The position numbers and the translations under genes are program-made. A stretch of 64,000 nt of DNA from assembly GCA_965219955.1 (NCBI GenBank), contig OZ244799.1, forward strand, positions 896,001 through 960,000, given 5' to 3'. This DNA is from a bacterium. Its GTDB lineage: Bacteria; UBA8248. Below are positions 44,114 to 54,409 of the stretch, in pieces; the first letter of the stretch is position 1; every line of letters begins with the position of its first letter. The notes beneath the pieces were generated by a model. The model was not told the DNA's origin. It ran no database searches and worked only from the letters and a program-made list of their open reading frames with translations.

Positions 44114-44749
44114 ATGACGATTCGAAAACCCCAAGAGACGCTCGTAGAACCCAACCTCGTTACGCTCGAGGCCGGTGTGCTCGTGCACCGGGTGCACGAC
44201 AGGAATTACGGCGGGAACGCCTTCAATCCTTGCAAGGGTTCTCCCACGCGCTTCGCTCCCGTCTACGATGCGGCGGGTGAGTGCGTCCCGTCTCTTTACG
44301 CGGCCGACACGCTGGAGGCGGCGATCCATGAAACGATCTTCCACGACGTTCCCGCAGCGGCGAAACGCAAGACCGTTCCCAGGACGCTCGTGCAAAGCCG
44401 TGCGCACGCCCGGCTGGAAGTCCTGCGGGAATTGCGTCTCGCCTCCTTGCGCGGCCCCGATCTCAGGCGGTGGCGTATCGGCCGGAATTCGCTGCTCGCC
44501 ACGTCGCCGAAGCTTTATTCCGAGACCGCCCGATGGGCGAGCGCCATACACGGCCGGTTCCCCGGCGTCGAGGGCCTGCTCTGGACCTCGAACCAGTGCG
44601 ACCCGGACACCGCATACCTGTTCTTCGGAGACCGCGTAAAGCCTGAGGATTTCCGGATCCTGAACGCGCGCGATGGATTGTACGACACGACGTTCCTCTC
44701 GGATGTTCGCCAGGCGGGGCGCAGATGCGGAATTACTATCACCGTGTAG
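44114..44749 (+). CDS. RES-domain toxin (putative NAD+-degrading)
   Basis: HRVH, RF (R), LY.A...EAA.HET.FHD (E), GLLWTS (S). Confidence 0.82.
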   Translation: MTIRKPQETLVEPNLVTLEAGVLVHRVHDRNYGGNAFNPCKGSPTRFAPVYDAAGECVPSLYAADTLEAAIHETIFHDVPAAAKRKTVPRTLVQSRAHARLEVLRELRLASLRGPDLRRWRIGRNSLLATSPKLYSETARWASAIHGRFPGVEGLLWTSNQCDPDTAYLFFGDRVKPEDFRILNARDGLYDTTFLSDVRQAGRRCGITITV

Positions 44750-44805
44750 GCCGACTTTTTTTCTTATCGTCTGGCTTGCCGAGGAGGGAGGGCTTGCGGT
44801 TTGCC

Positions 44806-44940
44806 GTAGGGACAGGTCGCGACCTGTCCATGCTCCTTTTCTCATCAACCGGGAGAAGCCACTGTCATTCCGGCATGCGCCGGAATGACGGGCGAATACT
44901 GCGCCCGTTGTAGGGGCAGGTCGCGAACCGTCCCTACGGG
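44806..44940. repeat. GTAG-REP pair surrounding an ATTCCGGC palindrome
   Basis: GTAGGGACAGGTCGCGACCTGTCC; GTCATTCCGGCATGCGCCGGAATGAC; GTAGGGGCAGG..CCCTAC. Confidence 0.75.
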
Positions 44941-45114
44941 TGAGACCCGAGCGGCGAATGAGAAAAGCCACTCCCTTGTGTTGTCGACGTAGACCCTCAA
45001 TGGAGCAATGACATCCCGAATCGCGCCCGCGCGCCCCGCCGGGCGTTGCTTCCCCGCGAAAATTCCCGTATCCACTTGAGCAGAGCTTGATGGGGTTTGC
45101 GCAAAGCGGGGAGT

Positions 45115-46239
45115 ATGGACGTGTATATCCTGGGCGTGGAGACGAGTTGCGACGAGACGGCGGCGGCCGTTCTGGCATTCGGGGATGGTTCCGCGCCGAA
45201 GGTCCTCTCGAACGTCGTGGCTTCTCAGCACGAGATTCATGCGCGATACGGCGGCGTTGTGCCCGAGCTCGCGGCGCGCCGCCACGTGGAGATGATAGCT
45301 CCCGTGCTGGAGGCGGCTCTGGAAGATGCCTCTGTCTCGGTCAGGGAAATCGACGCGGTGGCCGTCACGCGCGGCCCCGGCCTGGTGGTGGCCCTGCTCG
45401 TGGGCCTCTCCGCGGCGAAGGGGCTGGCGTGGAGCCTGGGCGTTCCACTCATCGGCGTGCATCATCTGGACGGCCACGTTCATTCCCTGTTTTTGCCTAC
45501 GGAAGAGGGGAGCGCTGCGCCGCCTCCGTTTCCGCATCTGGGCTTCGTGGTCTCGGGCGGGCATACGGATTTCTACCGCGTGAACGGACATTCGGAAGTC
45601 ACGCACCTGGGAGGCACGCTGGATGACGCCCTGGGCGAGGCCTACGACAAGGTGGCGGCCATCATGGGGCTGGGCTATCCGGGCGGCCCCATCGTCGATC
45701 GCCTGCATGCGAAGTTTCTGGAGGCGAACGGGAGCGGCGCTGCTCCGGTCGAATTCCCCCGGCCGTTTCTTGAGGACAGGCCTTACGCTTTCAGCTTTAG
45801 TGGGTTGAAAACGGCTGTGTTAAACTACCAGAAAGAGCGAGGATTGTACCTGAGCGACAGGAACCTCCCCCCCTGGGCGCGTCCCCAGGAAGTGCCCGAA
45901 GAGGTGGCGTGCGCGGTGGCCGCGGGGTTTCAGGAAGCGGCGGTGGAGGTTCTCGTGGAGAAGGTGAGCGGGGTGGTCCGCCGCGAAAAGCTGCCCGCCG
46001 TCTCCGTGAGCGGGGGCGTGGCCGCGAATTCCTACCTGCGGGTGAAGCTGGCCGAACGGGCGGAGCAAGAGGGCTGGTCGCTCCATTTCCCCGCGCGCAA
46101 ATACTGCACGGACAACGCCGCGATGATCGCCTGCGCGGGCGGCTTCCGCCTCGGAGAACGCGGGCGCGAGGGTTTCATGGATTTTACCGATATGGATGCG
46201 GACCCCTCATGGGAACTGGGAGATGCGTCGAATGGATAG
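45115..46239 (+). CDS. tsaD: tRNA t6A37 threonylcarbamoyltransferase TsaD
   Basis: LGVETSCDET, GGVVPELAARRH, HHLDGH, SGGH, SFSGLKT, GGVAAN, TDNAAMI. Confidence 0.97.
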   Translation: MDVYILGVETSCDETAAAVLAFGDGSAPKVLSNVVASQHEIHARYGGVVPELAARRHVEMIAPVLEAALEDASVSVREIDAVAVTRGPGLVVALLVGLSAAKGLAWSLGVPLIGVHHLDGHVHSLFLPTEEGSAAPPPFPHLGFVVSGGHTDFYRVNGHSEVTHLGGTLDDALGEAYDKVAAIMGLGYPGGPIVDRLHAKFLEANGSGAAPVEFPRPFLEDRPYAFSFSGLKTAVLNYQKERGLYLSDRNLPPWARPQEVPEEVACAVAAGFQEAAVEVLVEKVSGVVRREKLPAVSVSGGVAANSYLRVKLAERAEQEGWSLHFPARKYCTDNAAMIACAGGFRLGERGREGFMDFTDMDADPSWELGDASNG

Positions 46240-46260
46240 CGTTTGCGGGAGGATGGACTG

Positions 46261-47358
46261 ATGCGCCCTGAAGAAGCGGGTCCGAGCGTTTGCGAGGTGC
46301 CTTTTGAGGCGGTTCCACCGCCGCCGGCGGGTTTCGATGCGCCCCTCTATATCGGCGGGGTGAGACTCGAGAACCGCCTCGTCATGGCGCCCATGGCGGG
46401 GTATACGAACCTGCCCTTCCGCACGCTGGTGAAGGCGCACGGCGCAGGCATGGTGGCCACCGAGATGGTGAGCAGCCAGGCCCTCGTTCGGCGCCACAAG
46501 AAGACCTACGACCTGATGCGGAACGACGCGGCGGAAAAGCCCGTCTCCATTCAGCTTTTCGGCGCGGACCCGGCCCAGATGGGCGAGGCGGCGGCCATGG
46601 TGGAGGGAGCGGGCGCGGACATCGTGGATCTGAACTGCGGATGCCCCGTCAAGAAGATTACGAAAAACCAGGCGGGTTCTTCTCTTCTGAGATACCCCGA
46701 GCGAGCGTATGAAATCGTCTCCGCCATGGTGCGCGCGGTGCAAATCCCCGTGACGGTGAAGATGCGCACCGGCTGGGACACCGTCGAGCGGAGCCAGGCG
46801 GAAGTCTTCGCCAGGGCGGTGGAGGATGCGGGTGCTGCGGCCATCACCGTGCATGGCAGGACGCGCCAGGCCATGTTCAGCGGCGCTGTGGATCTCGACG
46901 CCATCGCCCGGGTCAAGCGCGCGGTCAAGGTTCCCGTTCTGGGGAACGGCAGCATCCTGAGTCCGCAGGACGCCATCGCCATGATTCGCAAAACCGGCGT
47001 GGACGCCCTGATGATCGGGCGCGGCGCCATCGGCAATCCGTGGATTTTCTCGCGCCTGCTCCATTGGCTCAAAACGGGAGAGTTGCCCGCACCGCCCGGC
47101 CTCGCGGAGAAGAAGAAGATGGCGCTTCGCCACCTGGGGCTCTTGAGAGAGGTGCTGGGCGAGCGGCTCGCCGCCTTCCACTCCCGCAAGCACCTGCCCG
47201 CCTACACGAAGGGTCTTCGGGGAGGCTCGGCGATGCGCGAGCGGGTGAACCGGCTGGAGGATATGGACGCCGTCCTCCGCGAGGTGGAGGCTTTCTTCGA
47301 TAATCCGGCCTTGCGCTCTCGCATGATGAGGGCAGGGGAGAGCGCCCATGCGGCTTGA
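46261..47358 (+). CDS. dusB: tRNA-dihydrouridine synthase (DusB-like); start uncertain
   Basis: APMAG, QLFG, DLNCGCP, HGRT, GNG.I, IGRG..GNPW. Confidence 0.9.
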   Translation: MRPEEAGPSVCEVPFEAVPPPPAGFDAPLYIGGVRLENRLVMAPMAGYTNLPFRTLVKAHGAGMVATEMVSSQALVRRHKKTYDLMRNDAAEKPVSIQLFGADPAQMGEAAAMVEGAGADIVDLNCGCPVKKITKNQAGSSLLRYPERAYEIVSAMVRAVQIPVTVKMRTGWDTVERSQAEVFARAVEDAGAAAITVHGRTRQAMFSGAVDLDAIARVKRAVKVPVLGNGSILSPQDAIAMIRKTGVDALMIGRGAIGNPWIFSRLLHWLKTGELPAPPGLAEKKKMALRHLGLLREVLGERLAAFHSRKHLPAYTKGLRGGSAMRERVNRLEDMDAVLREVEAFFDNPALRSRMMRAGESAHAA

Positions 47359-48130
47359 GGGCAGGCGTGCGTTCATCACCGGCGGCGGACGCGGCATCGG
47401 GCGCGCCATCGCGCTCAAATTCGCGAGCGAGGGCGCGGACGTGGCCGTCGCCGCGAGAACGCGCGCCGAGATCGACGCGGTCGCCGGAGAGATAAGGGAA
47501 AAGGGGGGGCGCTGCCTGGCGATTCCCTGCGACGTGGGCGATTCCAAAGAGGTGGACGAAGCCGTTCAGCGCGCAATTCGGGAGTTCGGCGGGGTGGACG
47601 TCCTGGTCGCCAACGCGGGCGCGCTCGTCCATGCGCCGCTGGGAGAGACCACCGACGCCCTTTGGGACGAGATGATGCGCGTGAACTTAAACGGCGCGTT
47701 CTACGCCTTTCGCGCGGCGGTCGGCGGCATGAGCGAGCGCGGCTGGGGCCGCCTCATCGCGATCAGTTCGGTCTCGGGCAAAATCGGTGGTGCGAACCGG
47801 AGCGCCTACCACGCGGCGAAACACGGCGTGCTGGGCCTGGTTCGCTCGGTGGCGTTGGAAGCGGCGGCGGCGGGCGTCACCGTGAACGCGATCTGCCCCG
47901 GCTTCGTGGACACGAGCCTGGTGGACACCTTCAGGGAGGGCCTCGACCGCCACGGCGAGAGTGGAGAGAGCGGCGAGGCGGCGATGAATCGCTACAGGGA
48001 CGACATCCCGATGGGGCGCTTCCTGGCGCCCGATGAGATCGCCGCCATGGCCTTGTACCTCGCAAGCGAGGAGGCGGCCGGCATCACCGGACAGGCCTAC
48101 ACCATCTCCTGCGGCGCGATACAGATCTGA
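47348..48130 (+). CDS. Short-chain dehydrogenase/reductase
   Basis: TGGGRGIG, NAG, YHAAK, VNAICPG. Confidence 0.92.
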   Translation: MRLEGRRAFITGGGRGIGRAIALKFASEGADVAVAARTRAEIDAVAGEIREKGGRCLAIPCDVGDSKEVDEAVQRAIREFGGVDVLVANAGALVHAPLGETTDALWDEMMRVNLNGAFYAFRAAVGGMSERGWGRLIAISSVSGKIGGANRSAYHAAKHGVLGLVRSVALEAAAAGVTVNAICPGFVDTSLVDTFREGLDRHGESGESGEAAMNRYRDDIPMGRFLAPDEIAAMALYLASEEAAGITGQAYTISCGAIQI

Positions 48131-48219
48131 GGTCAGGCGCGGCCTGAAGGGGGTTGCCTGAAAAGCCTTCCCGCAAACAGGTAATGAATTTCTCAATCGA
48201 CATAGGCTTATGAATTTAC

Positions 48220-48557
48220 TCTCCCTCAAGGGGGTGTTGAAAAACCCCCTTGGGAGAGAAATCTCATAAAGGCAACCCCCCCTACCCCCCTTGTCAGGGG
48301 GGTAAAAAGAAACAAAACCCGCTTGCCAGGAAGGTAAGAAAAGGTGGCGCCCGCCGCCGGCAGAGGGGTTTTGCTTTTTCTTGCCCCCCTGACAAGGGGG
48401 GGTAGGGGGGGTTGGTTTTCGAGTCGAGGGAGGGCCAGCGGGGAGGGAGCGATTTCTCGGCTTGGGATTTTGCTCGTCATTCCGGCGAAAGCCGGAATCC
48501 ATTTTCAAGCAGAATGACAATTCTTCGGCTTTTTATCTCTCCGTCATTGGTGTGAAC
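48220..48557. repeat. MITE left end, CCCCCCTTGTCAGGGGGG palindromes and left half of a REP doublet
   Basis: GGGGGTGTTGAAAAA at 48230; REP at 48476-48501. Confidence 0.75.
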
Positions 48558-48561
48558 CTAA

Positions 48562-50296
48562 CCCGGATATTTCACCGACAAATGGCATGGGGCCTCTGAA
48601 TGTCGGATAATGTGAGTTGTCTCAATAACTTACACCCGTCCGACAGAGAGGCCCCATGGATACGCATTGTACACCGGAACAACTTCACTTTCACCCCCAC
48701 GGAAGACGCGAGGTCATCGCCCGATTCGACGGCGGACGGATCACGTCGGACGCCGGCGGGGTGCTGCTTCGCGAGACGGATCTCCGCCTGGGTCTGATGG
48801 CTCGTCTGGCGCGGTGTTTTCGTGATTGCCGCAAGCCCGGCAGCGTGGAGCACCCGGTGCGCTCGCTGGCGGCGCAGCGGGTGTACGCGCTGGCGCTGGG
48901 CTACGAGGACCTGAACGACCACGAGGATTTGCGCCGCGACAGGTTGCTGGCGCTGCTGGTGGGCAAGCGGGACCTGACGGGAGCCGGGCGGGTTCGCCTT
49001 CGGGACCGCGGCTCTCCGCTGGCCGCATCGAGTACGCTGAACCGCCTGGAGTTGGGCGGCGCCGAGGCGGCGACGGATCGCTACAAGCGCATCGCTGCGG
49101 ACTTCGAGGCGATGGACCGCCTGCTGGTGGACGTGTTCATGGAGTCTTACGCCGAACCGCCCGAAGAGATATGGCTGGACCTCGACGCCACGGACGACCC
49201 CCTGCACGGTCGCCAGGAGGGGCGCTTCTTCCACGGCTATTACGGCCGCTACTGTTATCTGCCGCTCTACGTCTTCTGCGGCGCGCATCTGCTGTGCGCG
49301 CGGCTGCGCCGCTCGAACGTCGACGCCTCGGCCGGCAGCGAGGAGGAGTTGGCGCGGATCGTGGCGCAGGTCCGCAGGCGCTGGCCGCGTACGCGGGTCG
49401 TGGTTCGCGGCGACTCGGGTTTTTGCCGCGAGCCGTTGATGCGCTGGTGCGAGGAGAACGGCGTCGGCTACGTGTTCGGCATGGCGCGCAACGCGCGGCT
49501 GGTGCGGGCGATTGGCCGGGACCTCTACCGGGCCGAGGTCGTCTGTCGCCGCACGGGTGAGCCGGCGCGCCGGTATCGCGACTTCCGCTATCGAACGCGC
49601 AAGAGCTGGTCCAGAACCCGCCGGGTGGTGGGCAAGGCGCAATACCTGCCCAGGGGGGCGAACCCGCGGTTCGTGGTCACCAATCTCCGCCCCCGGCGGG
49701 CCGGCGCCAGACGCCTCTACGAAGAACTCTACTGCGCCCGGGGAGAGATGGAGAACCGCATCAAGGAACAGCAACTCGGCCTGTTCGCCGACCGCACCAG
49801 CAGCGCCACCATGAGGGCCAATCAGTTGCGGCTCTACTTCGCCTCCTTCGCCTACGTCCTGATGCACGGACTCCGGCGCCTGGGGCTGGCGGGCACGACA
49901 TGCGCCAGGGCCCAGTGCGCAACGATCCGGCTGAAACTGCTCAAGATCGGCGCCCGCGTGAGGGTCAGCGTGCGCAAGGTCCGGCTGTCTATCTCCGAGG
50001 CCTGGCCCCATGCGGCGCTCTTCGAAAAGGTAGTGAACAACCTGCGTACGCACCCGCCCTGGCCGACGGCGGGGGAGAGTGACTGAGCGTAGAATCGGAG
50101 CGACATAGGTTGCCGCAGCGGGAAACCTGCGCCTGCGCGTCGGCCGGCACTCCCCGAAAGCCTTCGAAATCGACGAAAAAGCGCCGCTCGGGCGCCGTGC
50201 GTCATCGTATCGCGCCGACGAAGAAGGCCGCCTCCCGAATCAAGCCGTCCACGACTTCAAATCAGGCCGTTCCAAAGCCTCGGTGAAATATCCGGG
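48562..50296 (+). mobile_element. IS1380-family insertion sequence
   Basis: Perfect 17-bp TIRs CCCGGATATTTCACCGA; CTAA on both sides (48558-61, 50297-300). Confidence 0.95.
48656..50086 (+). CDS. IS1380-family DDE transposase
   Basis: FDGG.ITSDAG, LDLDATDDP.HG.QE, RGDSGF, Y..RGEMENRIKE. Confidence 0.95.
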   Translation: MDTHCTPEQLHFHPHGRREVIARFDGGRITSDAGGVLLRETDLRLGLMARLARCFRDCRKPGSVEHPVRSLAAQRVYALALGYEDLNDHEDLRRDRLLALLVGKRDLTGAGRVRLRDRGSPLAASSTLNRLELGGAEAATDRYKRIAADFEAMDRLLVDVFMESYAEPPEEIWLDLDATDDPLHGRQEGRFFHGYYGRYCYLPLYVFCGAHLLCARLRRSNVDASAGSEEELARIVAQVRRRWPRTRVVVRGDSGFCREPLMRWCEENGVGYVFGMARNARLVRAIGRDLYRAEVVCRRTGEPARRYRDFRYRTRKSWSRTRRVVGKAQYLPRGANPRFVVTNLRPRRAGARRLYEELYCARGEMENRIKEQQLGLFADRTSSATMRANQLRLYFASFAYVLMHGLRRLGLAGTTCARAQCATIRLKLLKIGARVRVSVRKVRLSISEAWPHAALFEKVVNNLRTHPPWPTAGESD

Positions 50297-50300
50297 CTAA

Positions 50301-51915
50301 CAGCCTGTCGGGCTTTGGCCTGCCAAGGAGTTCGAAGCACCAATCGTGGGAGTGATTTTCGGGGTTCTTCTCGGTAATCGATTCTTGTTGGCCGGCGATT
50401 CGGTGTCAGGAGCCATGATCGGCCCTCACAGGCCCGGTGGGAGTCATAGCGGCCGGCAACAGGCCACGGGACGAGGGCGTTTATCCTCCGATCACGCCGA
50501 CTTCAGGTTGTGCAGACGCTTGCAGTTATAAGCCAGCATCACCAGGACCCACTCGCCCTGCACCTTCTCGAGACCGCGCAAGAGGAACTGCCGGAAGCCC
50601 ATCGCCTGCTTGACGATGCCGAACACCGGCTCCACCGTCTGCCGCCGCAGGCGATAACGGGCGCGCTCTTCCGGCTTCGCCATCTTCGCGCGCATCGCCG
50701 CAATCCACTCCGCTCGAACTTCCGGACCTGGCCGGGAAGCCACCGGTGGCCGGAAGTCGTGCCGACGGCGCCCCCCTTCGGCTTGCGTGGCCACCAGAAC
50801 CTCGACGCCCCGTCTCTCGAGTTCTTCCACTTCGCTGCCCGTCGCGTAGCCGCTGTCCGCCAACACACGCGCCGGCGCGGCAACCGAAGGCGGAATCGCC
50901 TCCACGTCCGCCACCAGTTCCCCGCGGTCGCTCGCGTTGTTGCTCACACGCGCTCCCAGCACCAACTGGCTGCCTTCGGCATCCACCACCGCCTGCGCGT
51001 TGTACGCCTGGCGATACTCGTGACGCTTGCTCTTGCGCATCAAGGCGCTGTCCCCATCCGTCAGGTTGATCTGCCGCCCCTCTTCGGGCTTCTCCCGAGG
51101 GGGCTTGATGCGCGGACCCTTCCTCCGACCTGAACGGCGCTCCCGAGACGCCGCCTTGCGTTCATATTCCGCCCGACCCGCCTCGGCCGACCTCTTCGCG
51201 CGGCGCTCCAGTTCCGCGCACGCCGCATCCAGCTTCGACTTCAACTCCTCGCGACGCGCCAACTCCTCCGGCAGCGCCTGCGGATCCCCTACCTCCTGCG
51301 CATCTTCGCTCTCCGCACGCTCCAGCAACTCCTCGACCTCTCCGCGCAATTGAGAGCCCAACGCCTGCGCACGGTCATACCGGACGTTGTTGTGCTTGCT
51401 CGCGTTCGCGTCCACCTTCGTCCCGTCCACGCTCACCGTCCCGACCCGCAACAACTTCAACTCCTTCGCCAGCAGCAAAACCTGCTCGAACGTCTCCGCT
51501 ATCGCCTCGAAGTTATCGCGACGGAACGCGCAGATCGTGTCGTGGTCCGGGTGTGTGTTCGACGCCACGTATCGAACCCCGATATCCCGGTACGTCGCGC
51601 GCTCGATCCGGCGCGAACCGAATATCCCGTTCGCGTAGCAGTAAATCAGCAGCGCCAGCATCATCCGGGGATGGTACTGCGCTGAACCCGTGCCGCGCTC
51701 GTTCACGCGGAATGACCCCAGAGGCACCCGTTCCACCGCCTCCACTACGAAGTGCGCCAGATCGTCCTCCGGCAACCACTCCCGCATGTCCACAGGAAGA
51801 AGATACAACTGCGACTGATTACAATCTACAAACTTCGCCACCCCAATCCCCTCCCTTAAAAATACCTCGCGAGAACGACATATTATAAAAGGTAGGGCCT
51901 AAGTCCGACAGGCTG
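50301..51915 (-). mobile_element. IS1182-family insertion sequence
   Basis: 20-bp imperfect TIRs CAGCCTGTCGG(G/A)CTT(T/A)GGCC; CTAA on both sides (50297-300, 51916-19). Confidence 0.93.
50492..51841 (-). CDS. IS1182-family transposase
   Basis: YHPRMM..Y, SRRIE, PDHDTI, VDGTK..ANAS, N.TD.DS, YNAQ, ADSGY, R.QTVEPVFG.K. Confidence 0.95.
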   Translation of the reverse strand: MAKFVDCNQSQLYLLPVDMREWLPEDDLAHFVVEAVERVPLGSFRVNERGTGSAQYHPRMMLALLIYCYANGIFGSRRIERATYRDIGVRYVASNTHPDHDTICAFRRDNFEAIAETFEQVLLLAKELKLLRVGTVSVDGTKVDANASKHNNVRYDRAQALGSQLRGEVEELLERAESEDAQEVGDPQALPEELARREELKSKLDAACAELERRAKRSAEAGRAEYERKAASRERRSGRRKGPRIKPPREKPEEGRQINLTDGDSALMRKSKRHEYRQAYNAQAVVDAEGSQLVLGARVSNNASDRGELVADVEAIPPSVAAPARVLADSGYATGSEVEELERRGVEVLVATQAEGGRRRHDFRPPVASRPGPEVRAEWIAAMRAKMAKPEERARYRLRRQTVEPVFGIVKQAMGFRQFLLRGLEKVQGEWVLVMLAYNCKRLHNLKSA

Positions 51916-51919
51916 CTAA

Positions 51920-52274
51920 CAGAAAAAAACAAAGGCAAAACAAATGGATTCCGGCTTTCGCCGGAATGACGAACAAAACCGTATCTCCTCGTAGTGGGTC
52001 GTTCTTGTGAACGGGAAAAGCCGTAGTCAGGGACAGGCGAGGGGGGCCTGTCCGTCACGGTCGCTGTTCGAGGGTTTTGTAGGGGACGCATACATGCGTC
52101 CCGTGACTTTATGTTTTCCCGTTTGGCGTTGTGGACGCGATGCGGGCGGGAAAGTGGCCGACGAGCGTGGTTTTGTTCGTCCGCATGGGTCGCATGTCAG
52201 TAGCGCTCCCATGAAGATAGTCCTGGCTGGCTACATACGCCGAATAAGGAAATGAGGACTTTTCAACAACCCCC
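51920..52274. repeat. Right half of the REP doublet, GTAG-REPs and a MITE right end
   Basis: REP at 51945-51970; GTAGGGGACGCAT..ATGCGTCCC ~52079; TTTTCAACAACCCC ~52260-52273. Confidence 0.75.
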
Positions 52275-52298
52275 GGTTATTCCGGTTGTTGCTCCCCC

Positions 52299-54335
52299 TC
52301 ATTGCGTCGCGGGGTTCAGCGCCGGGGGGAGCAGCGCGCCCTCGCGCCATGACGTGCCGGGCAGGGCGCTCTCGAACCTCCGGGGCGGCGTCACCATCTG
52401 AAGATGCCGGATTTTTTTCTCCTGCACCGACAGCACGAACAACTGGCGCCGCGCGTCGTTGTCCGGCCCCATGTCCGTAAGGCCCATGACGCCCTCGAAA
52501 CCCCGGAGAGCGGCGAGATGCCGCCTCACGTCCTCGCGCGTCCTGGCGCCCCCGGCCAAGGCCGCGAAGATGATTTGCGCCGCGTCGTAGCCAAGCGCCG
52601 AGAAGATGTCCGGCGTTTTCTTGAAATTCTCTCTGAATTCCCTCACGAAGCGCGCGACCATCGGCTCCGCCGAACCCGGGAAAAACCCGTCCACGAAAAC
52701 CGCGCCCTCCACGTAGCGCTCCCCGTGTTCGAGCAGGCGGGGGTTGTTCCAGCCGCTGCCGCCCAGGAGCCTGACCGCGCGCATGTTGTAGAAGAGGACC
52801 TGCGGCGCGATGAGCACCGCTTCCTCGTGGCGGACGGGCACGAAGAGCGCCTCGAAGTTCAGCGGGAGTCGGAACGGGTCCGACCTGCGGAGACCCAGCG
52901 AGCGTCTCCTCCTGTTCAACTGGCGGTCGTCCATGCCGCCGAGCGCGAGCATCTGCGCCCTGAAGTCGGTGGCTTTATCCGGAAACGAGACGATTTTGAC
53001 GACCTCGCCTCCCATGTTCTCCACCGCCCGGGTGAAGGCGTCGGTCAGCTCTATCCCGTCCCGCTCCACCGGGTAGAGGACGGCGAAGCGCCGTACCCCC
53101 AGGTGCTGGATGGCGTAGGCGGCGAGGCCCTGGGCCTGGAGGCGGTTCGTGATCGAATTGCGGAACACCCAGGTGGAATCGGGGTTCATGCGCATCCGGA
53201 CCGCAAACGGCGTGAGCATGGGGGTTTTCAGGCGGTTCGCGACCCGGGCTGCGCCTTCCGCCGCTTGGGTGAGGAGCGGGCCGATGAGGGCGAGCGCCTT
53301 TTCTTTTTCGATCAGTTCGGCGGCCACTTCGGCCGCGTCGCCCCCGGAATGCGCCGTGCTTTTCGTATCGCGGATCGCGAGTTGAATCCGAAGGTTCGGA
53401 TATTTCGCCAGACTGTGGCGAAGCGCCAGTTGAATCCCCTCGTATACGCGTCCGCCCGCGGCGCCGGCGGCGCCCGATAGCGGAAGCATGATGCCCACGC
53501 GTCCGATCACGGGCGGAGGCTTGCCCGCCTTGTCCGCCTCGCTTTGAGGGGGCGCATCTTTGGGCGCCGGCTGGCCGGGTTTCTCCTGCCCTTTGCGGTC
53601 CGCCAGGGCTGCTTGCAGATACGGACCCGCAGGCGTTCCGGCGAAGCGCCCGGCCGCCGAGCGAAGCTTGTGGGACTCGATTTCTCCCGCCAGCGCCTCG
53701 ACGCGCTCGATGAGCATCTTCTTCCCGAAAATTTTCCGGTCGCTCCTCAAGGCGCGCGCGTAGGAGAGCATGGCGGGGTAAGGCTCGCCGCGCATTTCAT
53801 AGACTGCTCCCAGGGAGGCTTCGAGCAAGGCGCGTCGTGCGGGGCTGGTCTCCTTGCTCAGGCTGCTTCTCAGGGAAATCCACGCCTCATCGTGCCGGCC
53901 GGAAGCCTGGAGGGCGAGGCCGCGGTAAAACACGCTCTCCGGATACAGGGGCGAGAGGGGGAACTTCTCCTGGAGCCTATCGAGGCTTTGCGCCGCGGGT
54001 TCGAGTTCCCCGCGCGCGAGCTGGTGTTTTGCGATGTCGAGCAGCGTCTTGTCGGCGTCGCGGGCGGCCGGATTTTTCTCGAAATTCGCCCTCAGAGCGG
54101 CCGGCGGCGTCCGGGGCGCCGCCGGGGCGGGGGCCGACCAGCTTCCGGAGTCTTCGGCGAGCGCCTTTCGCGCGGCGGGCTCGGGCGCCGGCGGCGTTTC
54201 GACTTTCGCTTCGGGAGCGGGGGGGCGCGCGGCGGGCCCGGGCGTGATCTGTGGACCCGGACCCGGCTTGCATCCTGTGACGAGCAATGCGGTGACGAAG
54301 GCGATGAGCATGAATTTCAAGATGGCGATGTGCAT
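52299..54335 (-). CDS. LppC/LpoA-like lipoprotein (TPR plus type I periplasmic-binding fold)
   Basis: VTGC lipobox, Pro-rich linker, TPR (FP.SP.Y), VGIMLPLSG, IGPL, LLG..GW, LGYDA. Confidence 0.8.
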   Translation of the reverse strand: MHIAILKFMLIAFVTALLVTGCKPGPGPQITPGPAARPPAPEAKVETPPAPEPAARKALAEDSGSWSAPAPAAPRTPPAALRANFEKNPAARDADKTLLDIAKHQLARGELEPAAQSLDRLQEKFPLSPLYPESVFYRGLALQASGRHDEAWISLRSSLSKETSPARRALLEASLGAVYEMRGEPYPAMLSYARALRSDRKIFGKKMLIERVEALAGEIESHKLRSAAGRFAGTPAGPYLQAALADRKGQEKPGQPAPKDAPPQSEADKAGKPPPVIGRVGIMLPLSGAAGAAGGRVYEGIQLALRHSLAKYPNLRIQLAIRDTKSTAHSGGDAAEVAAELIEKEKALALIGPLLTQAAEGAARVANRLKTPMLTPFAVRMRMNPDSTWVFRNSITNRLQAQGLAAYAIQHLGVRRFAVLYPVERDGIELTDAFTRAVENMGGEVVKIVSFPDKATDFRAQMLALGGMDDRQLNRRRRSLGLRRSDPFRLPLNFEALFVPVRHEEAVLIAPQVLFYNMRAVRLLGGSGWNNPRLLEHGERYVEGAVFVDGFFPGSAEPMVARFVREFRENFKKTPDIFSALGYDAAQIIFAALAGGARTREDVRRHLAALRGFEGVMGLTDMGPDNDARRQLFVLSVQEKKIRHLQMVTPPRRFESALPGTSWREGALLPPALNPATQ

Positions 54336-54409
54336 TTTCTTTCTCGCGGGCGGAGTGCCACACACGCGAGAGTAGGAATTGAGGCGCGGGGTGTCAAGGT
54401 GCGTGAAGC

